DNA of 64,000 nucleotides from Candidatus Dormibacteria bacterium (GTDB lineage: Bacteria; Chloroflexota; Dormibacteria; Aeolococcales; Bog-877): the NCBI GenBank assembly GCA_050734135.1, contig JBOHUG010000039.1, forward strand, positions 4,134 to 68,133. The letters run 5' to 3'. A program made the position numbers and the translations under genes. The notes beneath the pieces are model-generated. The model did no database searches. It was given only the letters and a program-made list of their open reading frames with translations, and was not told where the DNA came from. Below are positions 36,231 through 45,685 of this stretch, piece by piece (the stretch's first letter is position 1; every line of letters starts with the position of its first letter).

Positions 36231-36952
36231 GCGACTCCCGCCTACGAGAGTCAATCGCCGCCATGGTTCAGTTGGTGACCGGCGCCGAGGAATGCGCGAT
36301 GCTGGCCACCCGCGCAGAGGACCAGGAACGCGCGAGCGGTCCGGAGGCATGGTCGATCTCGGCCCTGGTCGCGCACAATTCCGAATTCAGGTCCCAGCAG
36401 GTCACCAGGCTCGGAGCGGTCATTGATCGCTCCACCCCGCCCAACTTCTCCGAAATAGACCACACCTCGCTGGAGGTCTATGCGAGGTTCTCGGCTCTGA
36501 CCGCCGACCAGGTGCTCGCCGGATGCCGCTCCACAACGACCGAGCTGGTGCAGCTTCTTTGGCAACTCACCGACGAGGACCTGACTGACCCGGCGCGGAA
36601 TCCCTGGCTGCGGGGTCGGCCGCTTTGGCTGCAAGTTGTGGCGCGCGGCTTCTGGCACCCCAGCGGTCATCTAGGTGAGTACTGGCTCAGCCGGGGACTC
36701 CCAGAGAAGGCCGTCCGGCTGCATGCCGCCGGTGTCGCCCTGGCGGAGGCAGTTCAGCTGCCCGGTGCGGCGCTGGGGATGGCCCGGTATTCATTGGCTT
36801 GCGCCAAGTCGAGGACGGGGCACTGCGAGGAGGCGCTCGCGGAGATCGTCCAAGCGATCAACGGCAACCCCGACCTTGCCCAGAATGCCGCTCGGGACCC
36901 GGACCTGGAGCCGGTTAGGGCGCTGCCCGGCTGGCCGTGCTCGGCCAATTAG
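36227..36952 (+). CDS. hypothetical protein (possible DinB/ClbS-like helical bundle plus TPR-like C-terminus)
   Basis: GTGA overlap with the upstream gene. Composition and GC3 are coding-like. The family assignment is weak. Confidence 0.5.
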   Translation: MSDSRLRESIAAMVQLVTGAEECAMLATRAEDQERASGPEAWSISALVAHNSEFRSQQVTRLGAVIDRSTPPNFSEIDHTSLEVYARFSALTADQVLAGCRSTTTELVQLLWQLTDEDLTDPARNPWLRGRPLWLQVVARGFWHPSGHLGEYWLSRGLPEKAVRLHAAGVALAEAVQLPGAALGMARYSLACAKSRTGHCEEALAEIVQAINGNPDLAQNAARDPDLEPVRALPGWPCSAN

Positions 36953-36955
36953 ATT
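36950..36955 (+). promoter_or_regulatory. -10 box TAGATT, 7 nt upstream of the pit ATG (leaderless candidate)
   Basis: TAGATT-cgcttcg-ATG. Overlaps the upstream stop codon. Confidence 0.4.
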
Positions 36956-36962
36956 CGCTTCG

Positions 36963-37952
36963 ATGACCACTGACCTGATCCTGGTCGCCCTGGCGCTGGG
37001 ATTCTGCGCCAGCATCGGCGCTCACTACACCGGAGCCTGCATGGGGATGCCACACGCCCTGGGTCTGGTGAGCTCGCGCCGTGCCCTTTGGATGATGGCG
37101 CCGCTCGCCTTCCTCGGCGCGGCTCTAGCCACCCACTCGGTGGAGGAGCGAGTGGGGTCGGGCTTGCTGGTGCACCGCTTGACGACTACCGGTGAGATCC
37201 TGGTGGTGGGTCTGGCATTCGGGCTCACCATCGGGTACAACCGGCTCAGGATCCCCACCTCCACCATTCAGCTACTGGTTTTTTCCTTGGTGGGAGTCGC
37301 ACTCGGCTCGCATTCCGGTGTCCGCTGGCCAGCGATCGGCAGCCTGGTCTTGCTCTGGGTCCTGGCTCCCCTGGTCGCGGTCGGGCTCGGGTTTCTCTCG
37401 ACCCACCTCCTGGACTGGCTGCGCGATCTCAGCTCACTTTCGTTCAGCGCTCGCGCTCCCCAACTCTGGCGCCTCGGCGGTTCGGCACTGGTCCTGATTG
37501 GCTTGGCGGCCTCCTTTGCCATGGGAGCCAACGACGTCGCCAATGCGACCGGCGCTCTGGTCGGAGCTCGGTTGCTGGCGGCGACCCCGGCCGGGGTGCT
37601 CGGCGGGTTGGGTCTGGCGGCCGGAGTGCTGATCTGGGGCAAGCCACTACTGGGACGGGTGGCCTTCGCCATCGTCCGCGTCGATCAGACGATGGCGGCG
37701 GCCGCCCAGTTGGTGCAGGCGGCCGTGGTGCTCGCTGCGGTGAGTGTCGGCTACTTCACCTCACTCAATCAGGCGCTGGTCGGGGCGATGGCCGGTGCTG
37801 GCCTCGCCCGGGACCGGGAGACGGTCCAGCGGACGGTGCTGCTCGGAATTCTGCGCGGGTGGCTCGCCGGTCCCGCTTCGGGTCTGCTCCTGGGCTTCGG
37901 ATTCAGCTCCGCGCTGCTGGCCGTCTTCGGCGGTCGGCTCCTAGGCACCTAG
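36963..37952 (+). CDS. inorganic phosphate transporter, PiT (PHO4) family
   Basis: GAHYTGACMG and FAMGANDVANATG signatures; multi-TM. The 96 upstream codons of the track ORF overlap the preceding gene. Confidence 0.85.
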   Translation: MTTDLILVALALGFCASIGAHYTGACMGMPHALGLVSSRRALWMMAPLAFLGAALATHSVEERVGSGLLVHRLTTTGEILVVGLAFGLTIGYNRLRIPTSTIQLLVFSLVGVALGSHSGVRWPAIGSLVLLWVLAPLVAVGLGFLSTHLLDWLRDLSSLSFSARAPQLWRLGGSALVLIGLAASFAMGANDVANATGALVGARLLAATPAGVLGGLGLAAGVLIWGKPLLGRVAFAIVRVDQTMAAAAQLVQAAVVLAAVSVGYFTSLNQALVGAMAGAGLARDRETVQRTVLLGILRGWLAGPASGLLLGFGFSSALLAVFGGRLLGT

Positions 37953-37992
37953 AAAAAGTGAGGGCGGGGTTAACCTGGTGGTCACCCCGCCC
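37953..37992 (-). terminator. intrinsic terminator of groEL (also placed to stop pit from the other side)
   Basis: GGGCGGGGT/ACCCCGCCC 9-bp stem (37962-37970 / 37984-37992), followed on the minus strand by CACTTTTTCT. Confidence 0.6.
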
Positions 37993-38025
37993 CGCGCCAA
38001 TCCAGCCCTGCGGCTAGTCAGATAC

Positions 38026-39633
38026 TCAGTAGTCGGGCATCGCGGGAGCCGGTGCTCCCTTCTTCTCGGGGATGTCCGTGATCAGAGATTCGGTGGTCAG
38101 CAGCAACCCGGCGATCGAGGCCGCATTCTGCACCGCCGAGCGGGTCACTTTGGTGGGGTCGATGATCCCCGCCTTGACCATGTCCACGAACTTACCGGTT
38201 GCCGCGTCGTAGCCCTGCCCTACGGGAAGGCTACGGACTCGCTCCACAATCACCGAGCCCTCGGCGCCGGCATTGTTCGCGATCTGGCGTGCAGGCTCCT
38301 CGAGCGACCGCCGCACGATGGTCACCCCGATCTGCTCGTCGCCCTGCAGCTTGACCTTATCCAAGGCGGTCTGGGCCAGTAGCAACACAGTGCCACCTCC
38401 GGGAACGATCCCCTCCTCGACCGCGGCGCGGGTGGCCGACACGGCGTCTTCCATCCGGTGCTTGCGCTCTTTGAGCTCGGTTTCGGTGGCCGCACCTACC
38501 TTGATCACCGCCACCCCGCCGGCCAGCTTGGCCAAGCGCTCCTGGAGCTTCTCCTTGTCCCAGTCGCTGGTGGACTTATCGATCTCAGCCTTGATCTGCT
38601 CGATCCGGCCCTTGATCGCCTCGCTCTTGCCGGCACCCTCGACTAGGGTGGTGTCGTCCTTGGTCACCTTTACCCGGCGGGCGTGGCCCAGCTGGTCCAG
38701 TTGCACCGAGTCCAACTTCAGACCCAGCTCCTCGCTGATCACAGTGCCCCCGGTGAGCACCGAGATGTCCTGGAGCATCGCCTTGCGGCGGTCGCCGAAG
38801 CCCGGGGCCTTGACGGCAACCGCGGTGAAGATTCCGCGGATCTTGTTGACGATCAGGGTGGCCAGCGCTTCGCCATCCACGTCCTCGGCGATGATCAGAA
38901 GTGGCTTGCCGCTTTGGTGGATCTTCTCCACCACCGGCAGTAGATCGGCGATCGCCGAGATCTTCCGATCGGTGATCAGGATGTAGGGGTCCTCCAAGAC
39001 CGCCTCCATGGCCTGAGCGTTGGTGACCAGGTAGGCGCTGATGTAGCCCTTGTCGAACTGCATCCCCTCGACCAGGTCCAGTTCGGTCTCGATCCCCTTC
39101 GACTCCTCGACGGTGATCACGCCATCCTTGCCGACCTTCTCCATCGCGTCGGCCACCGTCTCGCCGATCGCCGGGTCAGCGGCGGAGATGGAAGCCACCT
39201 GGGCGATCTTCTCGCGCTCGCTGATCGGCACGGAGTGCTTTTTGATCTCCTCGACCACCGCGTCGACGGCCTTCTGGATGCCGGCCTTGACCTGCACCGG
39301 ATTGGCTCCGTGAGCCACGTGGCGCAGCCCCTCGTTGATCATCGCGGAGGCCAAGACCGTAGCGGTCGTGGTGCCGTCCCCGGCGATGTCATTAGTCTTG
39401 CTCGCCACCTCCTTGACCAGCTGCGCGCCCATGTTCTCGAAGGGGTCTTCGAGTTCGATCTCCTTGGCGATCGTCACGCCGTCGTTGGTGATCGTGGGGC
39501 TGCCGAATTTCTTGTCCAGAACCACGTTGCGGCCCTTGGGCCCGATCGTGATTCGGACCGCGTCCGCGACCTTGTCGACTCCGCGCTTTAGGGCCGACTG
39601 GGCCTCTGTGTCGAATAGCAGTTGTTTGGGCAT
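38026..39633 (-). CDS. groEL: chaperonin GroEL (60 kDa), no adjacent groES
   Basis: [39 protein letters not shown] and full-length collinearity. The C-terminus ends in APAPAMPDY rather than a GGM repeat. SD AGGAGA. Confidence 0.97.
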   Translation of the reverse strand: MPKQLLFDTEAQSALKRGVDKVADAVRITIGPKGRNVVLDKKFGSPTITNDGVTIAKEIELEDPFENMGAQLVKEVASKTNDIAGDGTTTATVLASAMINEGLRHVAHGANPVQVKAGIQKAVDAVVEEIKKHSVPISEREKIAQVASISAADPAIGETVADAMEKVGKDGVITVEESKGIETELDLVEGMQFDKGYISAYLVTNAQAMEAVLEDPYILITDRKISAIADLLPVVEKIHQSGKPLLIIAEDVDGEALATLIVNKIRGIFTAVAVKAPGFGDRRKAMLQDISVLTGGTVISEELGLKLDSVQLDQLGHARRVKVTKDDTTLVEGAGKSEAIKGRIEQIKAEIDKSTSDWDKEKLQERLAKLAGGVAVIKVGAATETELKERKHRMEDAVSATRAAVEEGIVPGGGTVLLLAQTALDKVKLQGDEQIGVTIVRRSLEEPARQIANNAGAEGSVIVERVRSLPVGQGYDAATGKFVDMVKAGIIDPTKVTRSAVQNAASIAGLLLTTESLITDIPEKKGAPAPAMPDY

Positions 39634-39683
39634 TCGTCTCTCCTGTTGTCCCCATCCAGACAGCTGAGGTTGCGCCGCTCATG

Positions 39684-39710
39684 TTAGCACTCAGGCCCCC
39701 CGAGTGCTAG
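39684..39710 (-). promoter_or_regulatory. CIRCE operator (HrcA binding site)
   Basis: TTAGCACTC-N9-GAGTGCTAG, one mismatch to the consensus TTAGCACTC-N9-GAGTGCTAA, 51 nt upstream of the groEL ATG. Confidence 0.85.
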
Positions 39711-39762
39711 CAGCCCCCTGGGCCAAGTGCCAGGGTTCAAGACGCCCTCGCTCCCTCGCCGC

Positions 39763-39768
39763 GATCAT
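39763..39768 (+). promoter_or_regulatory. -10-like GATCAT, 6 nt upstream of ATG 39775 (leaderless candidate)
   Basis: GATCAT-gggtgg-ATG. Confidence 0.4.
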
Positions 39769-39774
39769 GGGTGG

Positions 39775-40602
39775 ATGGCAGGTGAGAGCAGTTCGGCCGG
39801 GAGACTCTTCCAGCCCGCCTCGGAACCGGTTGCGGTCGATCAGGTGCGGAGTTTCCTGCTGGCGCAGGGGTGGGCGGGTCTAGCCGCCGGGGAGCACCTA
39901 CGGCGGCTGGAGGCGGCCGGGGAGGCACCTAATCGCGTGCTCTGGTGGGTTCCCGGGCGAGCTGGCGAAGTTCGGGCAGCAGCGCTGCTGCACGAGGGGC
40001 TCCTCGGGATTCTGATTTCCTCCGGGGAGGAGGGATCGGCGGCGCTCGAGCTGCTCCGGGTCAACCGGGCGTCCATCGACCGAATCTCAGTGATGGATGG
40101 GCCGGTGCCGTACTCCGGGTTGGACGAGTTTACCCAGTACCGGCGTGAGCTCGCGGTCGCTACCAGGCTGCGATTCCCGACCGGCGACCTGCCCCCCACC
40201 CGGCTGGCCCGCAGTAGCGACGGAGAACAGCTCTTTCGGGTCTATCAGCACGTCAGCTGGATGAGCAAGGAGAGTCCTCAGGCTTGGCGGGAGCGAATTC
40301 AGGTGCAGCGGAGCTGGGTGGCGGAGCTGGAAGGCCAGGTGGTGGCGGCGGCCCGCTGGACGATGTCGTTCGGGCAGTGGGTGGAGGTCGGCGGGGTGGC
40401 GACCCATCCCGACTTCCGGCACCGGCAGGCTGGGTCGGCGGTCACCAGGGCGGCGGCGGCGGCGGCACTCGCCGAGGGACGTCAGGTGGTCCTTCGCTAC
40501 GGCGACCCCGCGCTGGCCAGCCTCTACCACCCACTCGGTTTCGAGCATGTCGGGCGGGAGATGGTGTTCTATCGGAAGAGCCGAGCCGAGCCAGACGTAT
40601 GA
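39775..40602 (+). CDS. GNAT family N-acetyltransferase
   Basis: C-terminal acetyl-CoA motif VGGVATHPDFRHRQAGSAV...LGFE. Start chosen from the promoter geometry. Confidence 0.75.
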   Translation: MAGESSSAGRLFQPASEPVAVDQVRSFLLAQGWAGLAAGEHLRRLEAAGEAPNRVLWWVPGRAGEVRAAALLHEGLLGILISSGEEGSAALELLRVNRASIDRISVMDGPVPYSGLDEFTQYRRELAVATRLRFPTGDLPPTRLARSSDGEQLFRVYQHVSWMSKESPQAWRERIQVQRSWVAELEGQVVAAARWTMSFGQWVEVGGVATHPDFRHRQAGSAVTRAAAAAALAEGRQVVLRYGDPALASLYHPLGFEHVGREMVFYRKSRAEPDV

Positions 40603-40603
40603 T
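40598..40603 (+). promoter_or_regulatory. -10 box TATGAT, 6 nt upstream of ATG 40610 (leaderless candidate)
   Basis: TATGAT-cgccag-ATG. Overlaps the GNAT stop codon. Confidence 0.5.
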
Positions 40604-40609
40604 CGCCAG

Positions 40610-41788
40610 ATGCCGGACCTAAAGTCGGTGCTGGCCTGGTCAGCGGTCGCGGCCGGGGTGGCCATCGCGGCGGAACGGCGGCTCTCCAAGTCTCTGGCAG
40701 ACCCGGAGGCGCCCGTGCTCGACTGGGAACTGGTACGGCGGACCGCCTACTCGCGTTGTGGCGGCGACGGCATGGCTGACGTGGAGGCGGCCGGCCGGGA
40801 CTATGACCCGCTGGTGGCCGAACTGGTCCCGATGCTGGCGGAGGCCTGCAACACCAGCCCCCAGGCGGCGACGTTCGGCCGGGTTCGCGTGGTCGGTCGG
40901 CACGGCTTCATCGACCAGAACCTGGCCATGATGCGGCGGATGCTGCGCCCTATTGAGGAGCGCCAGGGCGGCTGGGGAGCCATGCGTCCAAGCCCATTGA
41001 TGAGGGTTCCCAGCAGTCTCTACGTGGGCACCCTGCTTGGCTTCATGGCCCGGAGGGTGCTCGGCCAGTACGACCCGGTGCTTTCGGTGCCCTTTTCGGA
41101 CGGTAACCCGAGTGACCAGGATGAGGAATTGCCGGCTCCGGCGCTGATGATCGTGGAGCCCAACGTCCGCCACTTTTCCGAATCCTCGGAGCTGCCGCTC
41201 AATTCGCTTCGGCGGTGGCTGATGCTGCACGAGCTAACCCACGCCTGGCAGTTCGAGCTCCATCCCTGGCTCCGGGAATACCTAGGCTCGATGGTGGGTG
41301 AGCTGAGCCGGGCCCCTGGAGCCGGCAAGGGGCGGGGCCTGGAGGATCTGCTGCAAACGGCCCGCAGCATCCGGCCCCAGTTGATGCTGGTCGGAAAGGT
41401 GCAGGCGGTGATGACGGTCCTAGAGGGCCACGGAAACTACGTGATGCGTGAGGCCGGTCGGCGCCACTTCCCGGACTTCGACACCCTAGACGACGCCTTC
41501 CGTCGCCGCCACGATCCGCCGCAGGCGGCCGAGCGGCTCCTTCTCTGGATCTCGGGAGTCGCCTTCAAGCTGCAGCAGTATCAGCAGGGCGAGCGCTTCC
41601 TGAGGGAGGTCCGGAAGGCGGCTGGCCAGGCTGGCCTCGACCGCATTTGGTCCGGGCCGGAAAGTCTCCCTGGATGGACCGAGGTTCGCCACCCCGAGCA
41701 GTGGTTGCGCCGCACCGGCTTCATTCCCGTCGGCTCTGAGTCCGGGTCCGCGCCGGGACCAACCCAGCCGCAACCCGCCCCCGCCTAG
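40610..41788 (+). CDS. zinc-dependent metalloprotease, DUF2342 family
   Basis: WLMLHELTHAWQF HExxH block; length and layout typical of the actinobacterial DUF2342 family. Confidence 0.8.
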   Translation: MPDLKSVLAWSAVAAGVAIAAERRLSKSLADPEAPVLDWELVRRTAYSRCGGDGMADVEAAGRDYDPLVAELVPMLAEACNTSPQAATFGRVRVVGRHGFIDQNLAMMRRMLRPIEERQGGWGAMRPSPLMRVPSSLYVGTLLGFMARRVLGQYDPVLSVPFSDGNPSDQDEELPAPALMIVEPNVRHFSESSELPLNSLRRWLMLHELTHAWQFELHPWLREYLGSMVGELSRAPGAGKGRGLEDLLQTARSIRPQLMLVGKVQAVMTVLEGHGNYVMREAGRRHFPDFDTLDDAFRRRHDPPQAAERLLLWISGVAFKLQQYQQGERFLREVRKAAGQAGLDRIWSGPESLPGWTEVRHPEQWLRRTGFIPVGSESGSAPGPTQPQPAPA

Positions 41789-41940
41789 CTCGCGTCTACG
41801 GTCCGGGGCCCGGTTCGCCGCTGCCAGGGAGCAATTCCCGACCGGCGCGGCTACACTTCGCAAGTGAAACGTCCGGTGCGGGCTCTCGGCGGCGCGTACT
41901 GCTCGCTGGTCCGGCCGGCCGCACCAGTGGAGCATGTCCC

Positions 41941-43545
41941 ATGAAGTCTCCCCACCGTCGGTCCAGATCATCCTCGCCGGCCGCCGCGCTTAGGGCTGAG
42001 CTAGAGCGAGTGCGTCGGACCCTGCGCGACCTGGCCGACTCGGGACTGCAGAATCTCCAGCCGGTCCTGGTCCCAGTCCCGTTTCAGGGGCCGGCACAGT
42101 TCGGCTACGGCACGCCGCCGTCGGCCAGCAGCGTGCACCTGGCGTTCGGACGCAAGAAAGACAGCAAGGACGACGAGGATGGCGACGACTCGCTGTCGGA
42201 AGATAGCTCGGGGGCCGATTCCGATCCGGATCCGGAACAGCTACCACCCATCCCGTCGGCGCTGGGAGCCGCTGGCCTGAACCCCGAACCCGACGAGGAG
42301 GCCGCGACCGAAGACGAGGTCGGCGCCTGGCGACCGCTCGACTCGAGAGGGGAGGAGGACACCACCCGGGAATCGCCTGCCCCAGCTGCGGGCGAGCCCG
42401 TTGAGTCCGATCTACCTGCCTGGAGCACCCGCAGCTTCCAAGTTCCGGAATCCCCAAGTTCAGCCGATACCGGGCTCGGGCAGGAGCCCGCTCCGTGGGG
42501 CTCGGCGGGAACCGATGACGAGCCGGCAACGTTCACTCCGGCGGTGGTGGACCCCAAGGATGACCACCCCGACAATCTGGCCTGGCTCCAGTCTGGCTCC
42601 TCAGGGGAGACCGCTCCCTGGGCGGTCCAATCTGAACCTCCGGCCGAGGAGGTTCAGACGGCGGCAGTTTCCGATCCCGAACCGGTAGCGGAGCTGGACG
42701 AGATCGAGGAAATCGACGAGGTCGACGAAATCGAACCGGAAACCCCCCAGGAGGAAGAAGCGCTGGGCACAGGATCCGAAGGTCTGGACAGCTTCTCCGA
42801 GGTTCTCACCGGAGCCGATGAACCGTGGACGAGCCCGACCACTGTGCTTGAGGAGGCGGTCATCTATCAGCCGGCCCAGGAGGTCTCGGTGGAGCCGAGC
42901 CCGGCCCAGGTGTCGGCGCTCCAGACCCGCTCTTTCCCGCTGCCCGAGGGCGAGGTGGTATTCCGCAATCTGAGGGCTGGGTTTACCGATCCGGCCCGCC
43001 TCCTGCGCCACCTGGCTGGGGAAGGTCACACCGGGGTGCTCCACGTGCAGGGGGTCGACGGCAGCAACAGCTACGTGGTCCTGGTGGACGGGTACGTGGT
43101 GGCGGTAGCCAGCGACCGCCAGGGGAATATCACCACCACCAATCGGATCTCCTTCCCCAACTTCCCCAACAGCCAGGACACCATTAACGTGATCACCTAT
43201 TCGCGCCAGATTGCGCGCGGACTGGGGTTGGTACTGCATGCCCCGCTCCGGTTCGCCGGGCTGGGGGCGATGTTCGTCAACTTGGAGGGCCTGCGCAGCT
43301 ACCTCAGCAAGTACTCGAGCAGCGGCGGCCTGATCGTGCATGCCCAGGACGGCATCGGGGTCGCCCTCTTCGAAGACGGCAAGCTCGTCGGTGCCTACGC
43401 CAACGGCAATGCCCCGACCTCAGACCTGGGGCAGCTACGAGACCTCGTCAAGGACCTGGAGGCCGAGATCGACGTTCGCTTTGGCGGTCCCCAGGACTTG
43501 GAACCGACGCCGCTGGACACCCTGCTGTCCGGCCATCCCTTGTGA
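41941..43545 (+). CDS. hypothetical protein: ~330-aa acidic disordered N-terminal region plus ~200-aa globular C-terminal domain
   Basis: D/E/P/S-rich region (ELDEIEEIDEVDEIE), then FRNLRAGFTDPARLLRHLAGEGHTGVLHV...GGLIVHAQDGIGVALFEDGKLVGAY (DUF4388/roadblock-like by eye). GGAG SD. Confidence 0.6.
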   Translation: MKSPHRRSRSSSPAAALRAELERVRRTLRDLADSGLQNLQPVLVPVPFQGPAQFGYGTPPSASSVHLAFGRKKDSKDDEDGDDSLSEDSSGADSDPDPEQLPPIPSALGAAGLNPEPDEEAATEDEVGAWRPLDSRGEEDTTRESPAPAAGEPVESDLPAWSTRSFQVPESPSSADTGLGQEPAPWGSAGTDDEPATFTPAVVDPKDDHPDNLAWLQSGSSGETAPWAVQSEPPAEEVQTAAVSDPEPVAELDEIEEIDEVDEIEPETPQEEEALGTGSEGLDSFSEVLTGADEPWTSPTTVLEEAVIYQPAQEVSVEPSPAQVSALQTRSFPLPEGEVVFRNLRAGFTDPARLLRHLAGEGHTGVLHVQGVDGSNSYVVLVDGYVVAVASDRQGNITTTNRISFPNFPNSQDTINVITYSRQIARGLGLVLHAPLRFAGLGAMFVNLEGLRSYLSKYSSSGGLIVHAQDGIGVALFEDGKLVGAYANGNAPTSDLGQLRDLVKDLEAEIDVRFGGPQDLEPTPLDTLLSGHPL

Positions 43546-44345
43546 CCGGAGGCTCGGGCCAAGCCGAGGGGGACAATCTCACCGACAGCCAGCGCCAGTT
43601 CTCTCAGGTAGCGGAAGCCTACCGCCAGAGCCCGACCCACGCCGACCCCGTCTCACTGGCCCGCTTTCTGACCCTGGCTGAGCTGCGGCCCAACCACCGG
43701 GTCCTGGACGTGGCGACCGGCACCGGGAACGTCGCCCTGGCGGCGGCACCCCGGGTGTCCGAGGTGGTCGGGTTGGACATCACCGCCCAGATGCTGGCAC
43801 ACGCCAAGGCGCTCGCGGCTGAGCGGGAGATCCGCAACGTCACCTTCCTGCGCGGCGACGCCGAGCAGCTTCCGTTCCCAGGTGGCAGCTTCGACCGGGT
43901 CCTGGTCCGCTCCGCGCCACATCACTTCAAGCAGCTGATCCCAGCTCTCAGTGAGGCCTACCGAGTGCTGCGGCCAGGAGGAGTGTTCGCGGTCAGCGAC
44001 TGTTCGCCGCCGCCCGTGGTCCGCGACTGGCTGGAGGTTGTGGAGATCGGCCGAGACCCATCCCACGTCCGGAGCCGGGCACTTGAGGAGTGGCGGGCAC
44101 TGCTCAGTTCCCTGGGTTTCACCGTCGAGCATGCCGAGCGCATCGAACAGGAGAAGGACATCCTGGCGTGGTTCGCTCTGGCAAAGCTGCCAGACAAGCG
44201 CCAGCGCCGGCTCCTCGACTACTACGAGTCAGCCCCGCAGGCGGTACGCGGACAGCTGCTGGCCCAGTGGCGCGAAGGCCGGCTGTACCACCGCTACTGG
44301 CACGCCCTGATCCGGGCCAGGCGGCCGATCCAGCCGCTCAGCTGA
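43542..44345 (+). CDS. class I SAM-dependent methyltransferase (UbiE/Methyltransf_11-like)
   Basis: VLDVATGTGNVALAAA motif I, GDAEQLPFPGGSFD, LRPGGVFAV. 4-nt overlap with the upstream gene. Confidence 0.85.
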   Translation: MTGGSGQAEGDNLTDSQRQFSQVAEAYRQSPTHADPVSLARFLTLAELRPNHRVLDVATGTGNVALAAAPRVSEVVGLDITAQMLAHAKALAAEREIRNVTFLRGDAEQLPFPGGSFDRVLVRSAPHHFKQLIPALSEAYRVLRPGGVFAVSDCSPPPVVRDWLEVVEIGRDPSHVRSRALEEWRALLSSLGFTVEHAERIEQEKDILAWFALAKLPDKRQRRLLDYYESAPQAVRGQLLAQWREGRLYHRYWHALIRARRPIQPLS

Positions 44346-44359
44346 TCCAAGGGGTGGGG

Positions 44360-44365
44360 TAGGCT
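44360..44365 (+). promoter_or_regulatory. -10 box TAGGCT, 6 nt upstream of GTG 44372 (leaderless candidate)
   Basis: TAGGCT-tgactc-GTG. Confidence 0.5.
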
Positions 44366-44371
44366 TGACTC

Positions 44372-44746
44372 GTGGCTGATCCGGTCGATCTGAGCGGAGT
44401 ACACCGTGAGCTCGACTCGATCAAACGAGCAGTCTGCCACTGCCAGCTACGGGGCGAGTGCCTCGGCTGCAAGGGCATTGAGATGGTCCGGCAGCAGATG
44501 GAGGCTGTGGTGGCAGCAGCCTCGCAGCCGGTGCTGCTTCAGGTGGCGAACGAAGCGGCCGCCAAGGACATGCTGAACCAGTTCTCCCAGATGCAGGAGC
44601 GGCTGATGGACGATCCCCAGATGCAGCAGGCCGCCGAGGCGGTCCGGCAGCGGCTGATGGACGACCCCGAGGCCCGTCGGATGATTGAGGACTTGATGCA
44701 GCGCCTGGGACAGGGTGAGGAGCCGGGGAAGGGTCAGCCTGAGTGA
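44372..44746 (+). CDS. hypothetical 124-aa protein: N-terminal Cys cluster plus repeated RLMDDP helical motif
   Basis: CHCQLRGECLGC, then ERLMDDPQMQQAAEAV / QRLMDDPEARRMIEDL (STI1/DP-repeat-like by eye). Confidence 0.55.
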   Translation: MADPVDLSGVHRELDSIKRAVCHCQLRGECLGCKGIEMVRQQMEAVVAAASQPVLLQVANEAAAKDMLNQFSQMQERLMDDPQMQQAAEAVRQRLMDDPEARRMIEDLMQRLGQGEEPGKGQPE

Positions 44747-45642
44747 AGCGCTCGCGGGGCTCGGTCCTGGTGCTGCCCGGGAGCAGCCGGCGGATGGCCG
44801 AGAAGGCGACCACATTGGCCGCGGCCGAGGTGGTCCTCGACTTGGAGGACGCCGTCCCCAGCGATCCCGGCGAGAAAGAGCGGGCTCGGGCGCTAGTGGT
44901 GGAGAACCTAAAGGAACTCGATTTCGGCGGCAGGTCGGTCGCGGTGCGGATCAACTGTGTCGGCAGCCCTCATGCGCTCCGCGACGTGCTGGCGCTGGTG
45001 CCTCGGGTGGCCGACCGGATCTCCTGTCTGGTGGTGCCCAAGGTCACCTCGGAAACCGAGGTAGCGTTCCTCGACCACCTGCTGACCGGTCTCGAGTCGG
45101 AGGGAGTGACTTCCAACCGGATGGGGCTGGAGCTCCAGATCGAAAACCCCGCTGGTCTCGAATCGGTGGAGAGGATCGCCGCCGCCGCTTCCCGGACTGA
45201 GGCAATGATCTTCGGTCCGGGAGACTTCGCGGCCGCTATGGGAATGCCCCAGCTGACGATCGGACAGGACACCGCTGCCTACCCCGGTGATATTTGGCAC
45301 TACGCTCTATTTCGGATCGCGGTCGCGGCCAAGGCCAACGGGCTGCAGGCAATCGACGGCCCGTGCTCCGACATCGCCGACCTGGAGCTGCTGGAACGCT
45401 CCTCCCTGAAGGCGGCCCAGCTGGGCTACGACGGCAAGTGGGTGATCCACCCCTCCCAGCTGGAGACGGTGAACCGCGCCTTCAGCCCCGACCCCGAGCA
45501 GATCCGTCGGGCCGAACAGATCCTCGCCGCTCTTGAGGATCACGGCGGTGCCTCCAGGGTCGGCGAGGAGATGGTGGACGAAGCACATGGTCGGATGGCC
45601 CGCGAGGTGCTGCTGCGGGCCCACCGGCAGGTGCCTGATTGA
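44743..45642 (+). CDS. HpcH/HpaI aldolase - citrate lyase beta (CitE)-like acyl-CoA lyase
   Basis: VVLDLEDAVP, FGPGDFAA, GKWVIHPSQ blocks. GTGA overlap with the upstream ORF. Confidence 0.88.
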   Translation: MKRSRGSVLVLPGSSRRMAEKATTLAAAEVVLDLEDAVPSDPGEKERARALVVENLKELDFGGRSVAVRINCVGSPHALRDVLALVPRVADRISCLVVPKVTSETEVAFLDHLLTGLESEGVTSNRMGLELQIENPAGLESVERIAAAASRTEAMIFGPGDFAAAMGMPQLTIGQDTAAYPGDIWHYALFRIAVAAKANGLQAIDGPCSDIADLELLERSSLKAAQLGYDGKWVIHPSQLETVNRAFSPDPEQIRRAEQILAALEDHGGASRVGEEMVDEAHGRMAREVLLRAHRQVPD

Positions 45643-45685
45643 GCTGCCCTTGAGCACGTCGGGCTCCGACCGCGGGCCGGCCAAG

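Noticed and set aside
41789-41940. 152-nt intergenic region examined for an ncRNA (SRP, 6C, riboswitch)
   Set aside because: Only a small CACTT-cgc-AAGTG hairpin and GC palindromes (GGCCGGCC) were seen, with no recognisable conserved RNA core. No call is made without covariance-model search.
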